IMG/VR virus record: IMGVR_UViG_3300017909_003313
Location: 1 to 35,613 of that record
Reading direction: 5' to 3' (one strand)
Length of the DNA stretch: 35,613 nucleotides
From: a virus
Lineage: Duplodnaviria > Caudoviricetes
Shown: positions 16,261 through 25,033 of the stretch, one piece after another
Layout of the letters: each line of letters begins with the position of its first letter
Numbering within the stretch: the stretch's first letter is position 1
Notes under the pieces: model-generated
The model's database searches: none
Told to the model about the DNA's origin: nothing
Seen by the model: only the letters and a program-made list of their open reading frames with translations
Made by a program: the position numbers and the translations under genes

Positions 16261-17495
16261 TATGCTTCCAATAGCGGAAGTTTTGGTAAACCTAACGCTT
16301 CTCTATATGTGTTATGATAAAAATGAAGTGGTTGTTCGTTTCGCCCAAAAGTTAAATGCTTTATATTCCCAGATTTAATTCCTTTGTATGCGTTTTCAGC
16401 AACAGCGAAATCTTCGTCTCTAATAACTTCACCAAAAACAGTAGCAAGTGCCTGTAATGGATTCTGATCTTTTGGAATATTAAATTTTGAACCCAACTTT
16501 TTGGTAGTGTTCCATACTCCCATTTTTTTTGCAATTTCTATAACTTCTGGGTGAAAATAAAATGAAATCTTTGAAACACATTTATGTGGAGAATTTTCTA
16601 AAGGATAAACCTTAATAAAGAATGCACCTTCAACTGTTGGTATAAAAATAATATTGGGAAACAAATAGTAAATAGGTAAAGCTGCTTGAAGGATATCCCA
16701 TTCTTCTTCAGGAAGTTTTCTGATTTCATCCATATCTCTTTTCAAAATAATAGATCTAGCATTTCTTTTGAAAGTATCAAACATTTGTAAATTACCATAA
16801 ACATTTTCAAAAAGAGAATCTTTATGTATGAATTGAAAATGATAAGTTTCACCAAACGTATCAATTGCTAATTTCCAATTCATATCTGTAACATATTCAT
16901 CTCCGTGAGATCTAACCATCTTATCGAAATTACTCCAAGAAGTAAACTCTTCATTTAATTCATCGCCAAATAATTCATCTAAATTAATTTTTCCTTTTGG
17001 GTTTGGATGAACCCACAAGAAACCATATTTTTCTAAACATGGCAATTCAGTTAGTTTATAACACTTTTTGTCAATATTACCGAAATGCTCTTTTCTAGGA
17101 TATCCAATTAGATCTCCTTCATTATTAAACGTCCATGCATGAAAAGGACAAGTAAATTTTGTTTTTACGCCACTCTTTTCTTCTTCTATTACAGAACCTC
17201 TGTGAGTACAAACATTATAAAATGCTCTAAACTTTCCTTGAGAATCTCTTGTTGAAATAATTGGTGAATCGAAATCATCTATTGTAACAAAACTATTCGG
17301 TTCTGGTAGATCTCCTGACATACCAATGATTTGTGGATAATCTTGAAAAAACTTTTCCCATTCTAAATTAAATCTGTCCACAGAGGTATAAGTATCAACT
17401 GGATTTTTAACTATACCACCTGCATCAACATTTGTGTTAGAGTCCAAATGTTTGAGCAACCCCTTCATTAATCTCATTTGTTCTTGTTTAATCAT
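16260..17495 (-). CDS. Rieske non-heme iron oxygenase alpha subunit (ring-hydroxylating / choline monooxygenase-like)
   Basis: Rieske motif CTH...CPFH; mononuclear Fe site ETYH-x-x-x-x-H; NWKL; late ED motif; E-x-x-L-x-x-YH. Confidence 0.92.
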   Translation of the reverse strand: MIKQEQMRLMKGLLKHLDSNTNVDAGGIVKNPVDTYTSVDRFNLEWEKFFQDYPQIIGMSGDLPEPNSFVTIDDFDSPIISTRDSQGKFRAFYNVCTHRGSVIEEEKSGVKTKFTCPFHAWTFNNEGDLIGYPRKEHFGNIDKKCYKLTELPCLEKYGFLWVHPNPKGKINLDELFGDELNEEFTSWSNFDKMVRSHGDEYVTDMNWKLAIDTFGETYHFQFIHKDSLFENVYGNLQMFDTFKRNARSIILKRDMDEIRKLPEEEWDILQAALPIYYLFPNIIFIPTVEGAFFIKVYPLENSPHKCVSKISFYFHPEVIEIAKKMGVWNTTKKLGSKFNIPKDQNPLQALATVFGEVIRDEDFAVAENAYKGIKSGNIKHLTFGRNEQPLHFYHNTYREALGLPKLPLLEA

Positions 17496-18675
17496 AGAAA
17501 TACTCCAGCTGGTGTATTTTGTGGTCGTAAAAATACTCCTGATAGTAGTTTTTTAAATTTGTAATTGCAACATCCTCCTTTGAACAGTTTTCTTCTAACT
17601 GATCAAGATTGTGTTCCAATATTGGCGTTAATGATTTATACCAAGCAACCTTATCATCAATAGAGTCAATGTATTTTAGTATTTCAATAATCGCATCCAT
17701 ACGTTGATTGTCAGGGAGTGTATCATAAGACTCATCCCAATAATCTGAAAATGTTTTGTATCCTCTGTTTTTTAATATTTCAAGTGAACGCTGTCCACCC
17801 AATACAATAAATGGATGACCCATTGCAATAGGTTTGAAAACTTTTTCGCTAGTAAATGTTGATAATTCTTCTTCATAATACTGTGGCTCACTTACAACAG
17901 TTACAAAAGTTTTTAAACAATATTCAGGATGTGTCCTTCCAATATAATAACCAGTATCTTTATTGTGTTCTTCTCCCAGTATGTAAATACCGCGTTCAGG
18001 AAAACTACATAGTCCTTTTGACACTAAACCATTTGCTGCCATCTTATCAAAAAATTCTACTCTGTGTTTTCTTGCTCGTTTTTGTGGACAATTAAATGTC
18101 CATGTTTTATTTTGCTCTTTGAATAAAATGTCTTCATCGATTGTAAACTGTCTGGATTTTAATCTTTGGACAGATATAAACTCTTCAAATCCTGCATAGG
18201 GAATACATTTAATTCTATCCTCTATTCCTCTCATATCTGCATATTCTTCATACTGCTCATCAATTAACATGTTACCTGTTACATAAACTATGCATTGGTC
18301 AGGGATATGTAACCGTTTCGCTTCTTCATGAAACCAATCAAAGAGCCAGTCTACATGATAACCTTCCAAAGAAAAGTCGACAAGAAACATGGCAGTTCCA
18401 TCTCTGAGTTTCTTTAAATAATTATCAGAAAGATAATCAAACATTGATTTCTCAGAAAGACCTAATCCTTTCGCCCAATTATCAATCGAGCCATTCACAC
18501 CTGTAGAGATTAAAAAATTATCATCATCGTGTTGTATCAAATCAGATGCAAACATCGTCCTACACATTGTGTTGATCATAGGACTTACTTGAAATCTGGG
18601 TTGACCGCCTTTGGTCATATCATCACAATTGATTAGATTTCTTCGTTCTTTGAAATCTTCAAACATCAAATTCAT
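17488..18675 (-). CDS. Glycosyltransferase-like hypothetical protein
   Basis: C-terminal VVSE...SEKVFKPI-x-x-GHPFI...GYKTF...DESYD motif (GT10-like tail). Confidence 0.55.
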   Translation of the reverse strand: MNLMFEDFKERRNLINCDDMTKGGQPRFQVSPMINTMCRTMFASDLIQHDDDNFLISTGVNGSIDNWAKGLGLSEKSMFDYLSDNYLKKLRDGTAMFLVDFSLEGYHVDWLFDWFHEEAKRLHIPDQCIVYVTGNMLIDEQYEEYADMRGIEDRIKCIPYAGFEEFISVQRLKSRQFTIDEDILFKEQNKTWTFNCPQKRARKHRVEFFDKMAANGLVSKGLCSFPERGIYILGEEHNKDTGYYIGRTHPEYCLKTFVTVVSEPQYYEEELSTFTSEKVFKPIAMGHPFIVLGGQRSLEILKNRGYKTFSDYWDESYDTLPDNQRMDAIIEILKYIDSIDDKVAWYKSLTPILEHNLDQLEENCSKEDVAITNLKNYYQEYFYDHKIHQLEYFYD

Positions 18676-19692
18676 TTACATCTCTCTGTCTTTCCACGTG
18701 GTTGGAGTTTTTTCATTTTCAATTTCTATTCTATATGCATAATCAAATGGCTTTGGTCCAACTTCTATAATATAGTCGACAGTTTTCTTGACTGCTTCTT
18801 GAAGCGAGGTGGAAGTATTATAATCTAAAAGTCTCCTCGCCTTTGAACTACTGCAAGTTGCAAACTTTACTTCTAATGGTCTATCATCTTTATATATAGG
18901 TTCACCTTTATACTTACAAGTTTTGGCTACTAACTCTGCAACATCATTTATTGTAATCGCTTCCTCGTCTGGTCCAATGTTAATTACTTCGTTTACGATT
19001 TCTTTATCTAATGCCATTTTAACGAGGCAAGATACACAATCAGCTACATAAGAAAAGCAACGCTTTTGTTCACCATCTCCATAGATGATTGCAGGTTTGT
19101 CTTGTAAGTTTCTATTCGCCATAATACTTATAACATTACGATATGGATCGTCAAACTTTTGACGTTCGCCAATTATATTATGTGGAACTGCAATATTATA
19201 TTCCATTCCATGAACATCAGCGAGGCACTTTAATGTATCCTCTGCTGCAACCTTTGCAATACCATAAGGATCTATTGGCATCGGTTTCATATCTTCTTTA
19301 AATTGGTTGAGTGTTCCTGTCTGTTTACCATATCTTGCCATACTGCTACAAAAGATAAAACGCTTTACATCGTTTGCAATACTTGCACTGATTACAGATA
19401 CACTTGCTTCATAAATGTTTCGAGTTATAAATGATGGACTAAAAACAGAAAACCCTTCATGTGCGGTTGCTGCACAATGCACAACAATATCTATTTCTTC
19501 ATGAGCCATCATGTCTTTCATTAAGACTTGATCGCAACAATCAGCTTGATAAAATTTTACGTCGCGGTGTAGATTACAGCGGAATCCACCAATAAGATTA
19601 TCCACCCCAACCACATCGTGACCAAGATGGATAAATTTATCAGCTAGGTGACTCCCCAGAAATCCTGCGACACCTGTTATAAAAATTTTCAT
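18676..19692 (-). CDS. NAD-dependent epimerase/dehydratase
   Basis: ITGVAGFLGSHL, SSMARYG, PYGIAK, GDG-x-Q-x-R-x-FSYV. Confidence 0.93.
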   Translation of the reverse strand: MKIFITGVAGFLGSHLADKFIHLGHDVVGVDNLIGGFRCNLHRDVKFYQADCCDQVLMKDMMAHEEIDIVVHCAATAHEGFSVFSPSFITRNIYEASVSVISASIANDVKRFIFCSSMARYGKQTGTLNQFKEDMKPMPIDPYGIAKVAAEDTLKCLADVHGMEYNIAVPHNIIGERQKFDDPYRNVISIMANRNLQDKPAIIYGDGEQKRCFSYVADCVSCLVKMALDKEIVNEVINIGPDEEAITINDVAELVAKTCKYKGEPIYKDDRPLEVKFATCSSSKARRLLDYNTSTSLQEAVKKTVDYIIEVGPKPFDYAYRIEIENEKTPTTWKDREM

Positions 19693-21037
19693 ATTCGGGA
19701 AATGTCTCCAAGAAATTTGTATTTCTTCTTCGGTCGTGTTCGTTGAACCAGTTGTAAAAATCTTTACGACCTTCGTTTAACTTTTCTTCACCATAATCAC
19801 TGGTTTTCATATAATCGTGGACACGACGAAACTTCTCAAACTCGACGGTTTGAAACATAGTTGGGTCGGAGTCGTCAATATTCTGTTCGATGAAATCTAG
19901 ACTTTCTTTCATATACGGCATGAATTCATCTTTCGGTAAAATGTTCATATCATAATGAAGTGGTTCTTTGAGATATGGCGTATCGAATCTAATGGTTCTT
20001 TTAGAATCACTGTCAGGAATAATAATTCCATCATACTGTTTACGCCATTCTAAAATCTTTTCTAACAATGTTTTGAATGTAGAAACAGTCAACGCATTGA
20101 AGGTTATCATAAGATTGATTGGTGTTTTTGTGCCCATCGCATATGTGTGAAAATTTCTCTCCCACAAATCAAGTTTCAATCCAGTTCTAATATATTCTGC
20201 TCTTTTATTCCAGCAGTCAATACTTGTATATAATGCAAAACTCTTAACACCTTTTCTTTTTCTGATCAGGTTTACATTACCTACAAGGTTGTCAACGAAC
20301 TTCTCTTTAACACCAAGATTGGTATTTATGTTTAATTCTAAGTGTGGTTGTGGATTTCTATGTAATTCTTCAAATAATCTCCAAGTTGATTTGTGCATGA
20401 GTGGTTCGCCACCAGTAAGTCTAAGGATGCTAAGAGTCTTTACAACTTCAGGATACCATTTCCACCATGCTTCTACATAAGGATTCTGACCTTCTTCGTA
20501 TGCTTTGAACCAATCAATATCGAGTCTGTGATTCTTAACCATATCATATGGTCCAAATTTCTTAATCTCTGACATAAATCGAGACGAAGAATTAGGATGA
20601 CAATAACCACATTTGAAGTTACATTCATTACTAAAGGCAAGTTCGATATAATCTGGATTTACATCCATATCCCAATCAGAGGCAATGATATTATCCATTC
20701 TTTCTTTCTTGTAAAGAGATGCACTTCTGATCACACGATCAGAAATATAATCCTCACCCATAGCTTCAACATTCCAACAATAATTACATCCAACACATTT
20801 TTCACCGTTCAGCATCTGCTTACGTTCATCTTTTTTGTGTGGTGTGTTGTGTAACATTGAAGGATTTTCAGCCAATCCTTCTAATGGTATTTTATGTGGT
20901 GCTGGATGATAACAGGAATGTGTCATACCTGTCTGTAAGTAAATAGTTGTATGATACCATTTAGCAAAACAAAAGGTCGGACTAAAAACATCGTCCATTG
21001 CATCGCGCAACAGAAGTGCTTTATCTAAATCACTCAT
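19640..21037 (-). CDS. Radical SAM protein with N-terminal twitch-like Cys cluster
   Basis: CFAKW..HSCYH..CVGCNYCW, then CNFKCGYC, GGEP, NTN. Start at 21037 from the ATGA overlap with the upstream stop. Confidence 0.9.
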   Translation of the reverse strand: MSDLDKALLLRDAMDDVFSPTFCFAKWYHTTIYLQTGMTHSCYHPAPHKIPLEGLAENPSMLHNTPHKKDERKQMLNGEKCVGCNYCWNVEAMGEDYISDRVIRSASLYKKERMDNIIASDWDMDVNPDYIELAFSNECNFKCGYCHPNSSSRFMSEIKKFGPYDMVKNHRLDIDWFKAYEEGQNPYVEAWWKWYPEVVKTLSILRLTGGEPLMHKSTWRLFEELHRNPQPHLELNINTNLGVKEKFVDNLVGNVNLIRKRKGVKSFALYTSIDCWNKRAEYIRTGLKLDLWERNFHTYAMGTKTPINLMITFNALTVSTFKTLLEKILEWRKQYDGIIIPDSDSKRTIRFDTPYLKEPLHYDMNILPKDEFMPYMKESLDFIEQNIDDSDPTMFQTVEFEKFRRVHDYMKTSDYGEEKLNEGRKDFYNWFNEHDRRRNTNFLETFPEYENFYNRCRRISGESPS

Positions 21038-21753
21038 ATAATTTGTTCCCAATCAAAATTAATAATATTATCACGAACCCATGTTTCAGGATTCGCGTTT
21101 CTATGTTTTACTGTATCATCTATTTGTTTTAGTCTTTCTCTATCAATCCTCGGATGAAGCATAGTATTATCATCAGGATATACAGTAATCCCGATATCTC
21201 TGTACTTACATACTCGTTGTTTTCGAGTCGGATTTATTATATACGGTATTGTTGTTGGAGTCAAGTATGAATTCAAGCGTTCAATAAAGATCCTATCACC
21301 CATATGCATATTCACATACTCTTCATCATAACCACCAGACTTCCAAAAGTCCTCTGTTCGTATACAATAATCATTATGTGTCACTTCCTTCTTTTTACCG
21401 AGTAAGAAGTTATAATATTCATCGTGTCTGTAAGAGTCAATGTATCTACTAACGATCTCAGCACATTCATCAATGCCTTCTCGGTCTACATCTGTTAACC
21501 ATGCCCACTCAGTTTCAACATGCTTCATTGCGAGATTACGACAACCATGAGAGTTAAAACCTATATCTTTCTTAACTCTGAACAAACTTATGTTTTTATC
21601 TGGATATTCTTTTACAATATCAATTGCAGGTGAATTAGGAGATCCATCATCAACAATAATTAATTCTGAAAAGAAATCTTCATTGAAATTATTTTCAATA
21701 AAGAAATCTAATCTGTGTGGGTCTTCAAAGTAAGTTGTAACAAGCGTAATCAT
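21034..21753 (-). CDS. Glycosyltransferase (GT-A fold, GT2/GT7-like)
   Basis: IIVDDGS, RNLA, TDVD, GGYDEEY, GD. Confidence 0.88.
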   Translation of the reverse strand: MITLVTTYFEDPHRLDFFIENNFNEDFFSELIIVDDGSPNSPAIDIVKEYPDKNISLFRVKKDIGFNSHGCRNLAMKHVETEWAWLTDVDREGIDECAEIVSRYIDSYRHDEYYNFLLGKKKEVTHNDYCIRTEDFWKSGGYDEEYVNMHMGDRIFIERLNSYLTPTTIPYIINPTRKQRVCKYRDIGITVYPDDNTMLHPRIDRERLKQIDDTVKHRNANPETWVRDNIINFDWEQII

Positions 21754-22379
21754 TTATATCCTAATACCATAAATCTTGAGAACTCAGAATTATTTGGACC
21801 ACCGCAAGGAAAAGAAAACTCTGTTTGTGTGTCCTTGCAGTGGTTGATTCTTTTAAATTCTTCCATGCTGTGTGCACATCTTATATGCTCTGGGTCATCC
21901 CAAAAATTATTACCCTGTAATACATACAAAGTTCCTTCTGGTATTTTATCCCACCACGCATCGTATGTATCTTGCGTCACGTGTTCAGTTGCAGTATTGA
22001 TCACAGTGTCTGGTATATGTGCATTTGAATAATTAAATGAGCCCATGTCTGCAGTGAATGGTACTATTGATGTCGGTTTGCTGTATGTGTTTGAAATGAC
22101 CCAATCACATATTGGATCTATATCAATAGAAACAAGAGCAGAATGAGAAAGTTTATCAGAGTCTTCTATAAGTTTTGCAAGAATTCCATACCAGCCACCA
22201 AAGATATATGTATTACCTAAGTGTCCAATATTTTTTAATGCAGAAAGTAAATGACTTTTACTATCAAGTTGACTCTCCCAAAAACAATCCATAAACCGTT
22301 CAGCTAGGTCAGGATGAAATCTAATAAACTTCATCCAGTCTGCGAGAGTTTGAGGTTTTATTTCCACTGGTCTTTCCAT
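21750..22379 (-). CDS. Class I SAM-dependent methyltransferase-like protein
   Basis: IFGGWYG motif I, SIDIDP, ADM, VINT-x-x-EH. Confidence 0.7.
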   Translation of the reverse strand: MERPVEIKPQTLADWMKFIRFHPDLAERFMDCFWESQLDSKSHLLSALKNIGHLGNTYIFGGWYGILAKLIEDSDKLSHSALVSIDIDPICDWVISNTYSKPTSIVPFTADMGSFNYSNAHIPDTVINTATEHVTQDTYDAWWDKIPEGTLYVLQGNNFWDDPEHIRCAHSMEEFKRINHCKDTQTEFSFPCGGPNNSEFSRFMVLGYK

Positions 22380-22423
22380 AACTAATTAATCTATCTTATT
22401 TATGCTAGAAATCCCAGCTTTAT

Positions 22424-22431
22424 TATAAATA
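22424..22431 (+). promoter_or_regulatory. T4 late promoter TATAAATA of the curli/cyclase operon
   Basis: Exact consensus about 60 nt upstream of the ATG at 22491. Confidence 0.8.
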
Positions 22432-22433
22432 GT

Positions 22434-22462
22434 AGCATACTATATCATGTCTTGATTGTCAA
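22434..22462 (-). promoter_or_regulatory. Sigma70-type promoter of the modification island
   Basis: TTGACA-17 nt-TATGCT pointing toward 22379. Confidence 0.65.
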
Positions 22463-22490
22463 GCATTGATATGTTAAAGAGAGAGAAAAT

Positions 22491-22772
22491 ATGGAAGAAA
22501 TTTTTACCCTAGTTGGTGAGTTGGGATTCCCAATTGCAAGTGCCATTGTTGGCGGTTTCTTCATGTTCCTAACCTTACGATACATTATGGCTGGTGTTAT
22601 TGATCAGGTGAACAGTATGCATGGGATCGTGAAAGCACTCGATAATCGTATCAAAACAATGAACCATGACTTAATTAGACTTGACACGACCATGTGTGTT
22701 GTGTTAGGAATTAGACCTTCATTGAATCGTATCTCTAGAGCAGATGGTAAAACAGATGCAAGGAGAGACTAA
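22491..22772 (+). CDS. Small membrane protein with coiled coil (paralog A)
   Basis: GFPI plus one TM helix, then L-x-x-RI-x-x-MNHDLIRL. Confidence 0.75.
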   Translation: MEEIFTLVGELGFPIASAIVGGFFMFLTLRYIMAGVIDQVNSMHGIVKALDNRIKTMNHDLIRLDTTMCVVLGIRPSLNRISRADGKTDARRD

Positions 22773-23029
22773 TGGATATTGTAACCACAATTAAAGACTT
22801 CGGATTTCCGATAGTTGCAGCAGTTGGTATGCTGTATATGGTTTACTATGTCTGGAAGACAATCACAGAAAAAATTGAAGCAAATTTAGAGGACGCGCAA
22901 ACTACATTGATTGCATTAATCGATCGTGTGCGCATGTTAGATAACGACATTATTCGCCTACAAGAAAAGCTGGATACAGCTATCGAGGTGAAGGGGTTAG
23001 AAGATGAAAAGAAACCAAAGAAACGCTAG
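22772..23029 (+). CDS. Small membrane protein with coiled coil (paralog B)
   Basis: GFPI plus one TM helix, then LIDRVRMLDNDIIRL; TAATG coupling to paralog A. Confidence 0.75.
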   Translation: MDIVTTIKDFGFPIVAAVGMLYMVYYVWKTITEKIEANLEDAQTTLIALIDRVRMLDNDIIRLQEKLDTAIEVKGLEDEKKPKKR

Positions 23030-23546
23030 AGAGCAAGTTGCTTGGGAGATGACGAGAAAATCAATCGGTGACGGAGTATGGAAATTTAAGGAAGTTGCAT
23101 ATCCGTTGACATTTATATTTGCAATAGTATTGTTATTATTAACAGTACCTGCATATGGTACGCCAAAAGAATACAAGTTTAAATCTCCATCTTTTAGTGG
23201 TATAAATCAATCGTCACATTACTTAACGATTGAAAACCAAGAAACTTCTCGTAAAGAAGCGATTAAACAAGAGATCGAAGATCTTAAGAAACAACTTGAA
23301 AGAGACGCTGAGAATACTACACTCGCGAAATTTATTCGTAATGTTGAGAGCAGAATTTACTCTACCCTCTCAAGACAATTGGTAGAGAGCATGTTTGGTG
23401 AGAATCCAAGCAGCGAAGGATCCTTCAATATTGAAGGTACAGGAATAACTTACGTCAGCGATGGCGACAAAGTGGAGTTAACAATAACGGATGAGAACGG
23501 TAAAGTCACTGTTATCACTATTCCTATTGGGGATTTTGGTATCTAG
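23004..23546 (+). CDS. csgF: Curli assembly protein CsgF-like
   Basis: Signal peptide ending in AYG, then Y-x-FKSPSFSG, F-x-x-N-x-ESRIY-x-x-LS-x-QL, G-x-F, T-x-I-x-IP; directly upstream of csgG. Confidence 0.8.
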   Translation: MKRNQRNAREQVAWEMTRKSIGDGVWKFKEVAYPLTFIFAIVLLLLTVPAYGTPKEYKFKSPSFSGINQSSHYLTIENQETSRKEAIKQEIEDLKKQLERDAENTTLAKFIRNVESRIYSTLSRQLVESMFGENPSSEGSFNIEGTGITYVSDGDKVELTITDENGKVTVITIPIGDFGI

Positions 23547-24306
23547 CTGTGCTAGTACTGGCGATGGCTGGGAGATACCAAAGGAAGAATCTGCTGAAGT
23601 ACAACTTACTTTATTAGAAAAAGAACTTATAGCAATTCATCCTCCAGTAAGGAAACCGTCTGTTGCGGTGTATAGATTCACTGATCAGACAGGACAGAAA
23701 AAACAAAACGCTGGTGGTGGAACATCATTCAGCACTGCAGTCACTCAGGCTCCAGATGTATATCTGATCAGAGCGTTAACACGTGCTGCAAACGGTAACT
23801 TTTTCCGTGTCATCGATCGTCAAGTCTTAGACGATCTGACAAAAGAGCGTCAATTAATCAGGCAGACGCGACAAAGTTACGAGGGAGAGGGTGCAAAGAA
23901 ATTGCCTGCACTCACTTTCGCAGGTATGATTATAACAGGTGGCATAGTCGGTTATGACCATGGCACAGATTCTGGTGGTGCTGGTGCACGATATCTTGGT
24001 ATCGGATCCAGCAGAGAATTCAGTCGAGATACAATAACGGTGAACATTCGTTTGGTGAGTGTTGCGACTGGCGAGGTATTACTTGAGGTTCTATCGAGCA
24101 AAACTATATTATCCACGGCATACGGTGGAGATGTGTTCAAATTTATTGAGCAAGGTACTGAACTCGTTGAAATAGAGTCTGGTGTTGCCCAAAATGAAAG
24201 CGTATCAATTGCCACGCAAAGAGCAATAGAAACAGGTGTCTTAGAACTCATAAAACGTGGAAACCAAAAAGGGTTCTGGACATATAACGGAGTAAGCAAT
24301 GAATAA
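23491..24306 (+). CDS. csgG: Curli secretion channel CsgG-like lipoprotein
   Basis: Lipobox VSSC, VAVY-x-F-x-DQTGQ-x-K, FSTAVTQ, L-x-KERQLIR, GGIVGYD, GG-x-GARYLGIG, RLVSV-x-TGEVL, K-x-ILS. Confidence 0.93.
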   Translation: MRTVKSLLSLFLLGILVSSCASTGDGWEIPKEESAEVQLTLLEKELIAIHPPVRKPSVAVYRFTDQTGQKKQNAGGGTSFSTAVTQAPDVYLIRALTRAANGNFFRVIDRQVLDDLTKERQLIRQTRQSYEGEGAKKLPALTFAGMIITGGIVGYDHGTDSGGAGARYLGIGSSREFSRDTITVNIRLVSVATGEVLLEVLSSKTILSTAYGGDVFKFIEQGTELVEIESGVAQNESVSIATQRAIETGVLELIKRGNQKGFWTYNGVSNE

Positions 24307-25033
24307 CTTTACAAAAAAAATATTTGTAATGTTGTTCCTCGTAAACGCAGGGACATCGCCTGTATGGGCTGATAATGCGATTTATATCGACCAAATTGGA
24401 GACGGTGTAAATATCGACATTACTCAAGATGGTAGCGGTAACAAAGTTGGAGGATCTGCCTCTGACACAACCAAAATGACGTTACAGGGAGATAATATTA
24501 ATTTCTCTATCGACACAGTTGGTTCAAGTAACTCTATCATCGGTGACATCGTTGGAGGAGGATCGGATATAGATATTGATATTGCTGGAAGTACCAACTC
24601 TATCAACTGGAATATAGATCCAACCAACACATACGGCGCAACAGATGGAAATTACACACTTGGTATCACAGGTGGTAATAATGAACTTGATTTAAACGTA
24701 GGAACAAATGATGCAGCAAGCAATGGAACATTTGATTGGACCATTGATGGCGACTTTAACACAGCCACTATCGATATTGATGTGGGTAGCTTCAGCAATA
24801 TAGTTGACTGGATTGGCGACAACAATACATTAACATACGACGCAGATGGATATGACGGTCACGAAATGTCCTTAACTGGTGATGGTAATTATTGGAATAT
24901 AACTGTCGATCAACAATCAACACTGCAAAAAGATTTGTTATCAATAGAGGTAGATGGTAATGGAACTGCACAAACGCCTGCAGACGTGTGCATTAGCCAG
25001 TCTGATTCTGGTACTGCCACAGGTTGCAACTAG
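24299..25033 (+). CDS. Curlin-like secreted beta-solenoid protein (CsgA/CsgB-like)
   Basis: Signal peptide (VWA/DN); about 11-residue repeats such as NAIYIDQIGDG, VNIDITQDGSG, FDWTIDGDF, IVDWIGDN; rich in D/G/N/T/I; C-terminal Cys pair. Confidence 0.75.
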   Translation: MNNFTKKIFVMLFLVNAGTSPVWADNAIYIDQIGDGVNIDITQDGSGNKVGGSASDTTKMTLQGDNINFSIDTVGSSNSIIGDIVGGGSDIDIDIAGSTNSINWNIDPTNTYGATDGNYTLGITGGNNELDLNVGTNDAASNGTFDWTIDGDFNTATIDIDVGSFSNIVDWIGDNNTLTYDADGYDGHEMSLTGDGNYWNITVDQQSTLQKDLLSIEVDGNGTAQTPADVCISQSDSGTATGCN

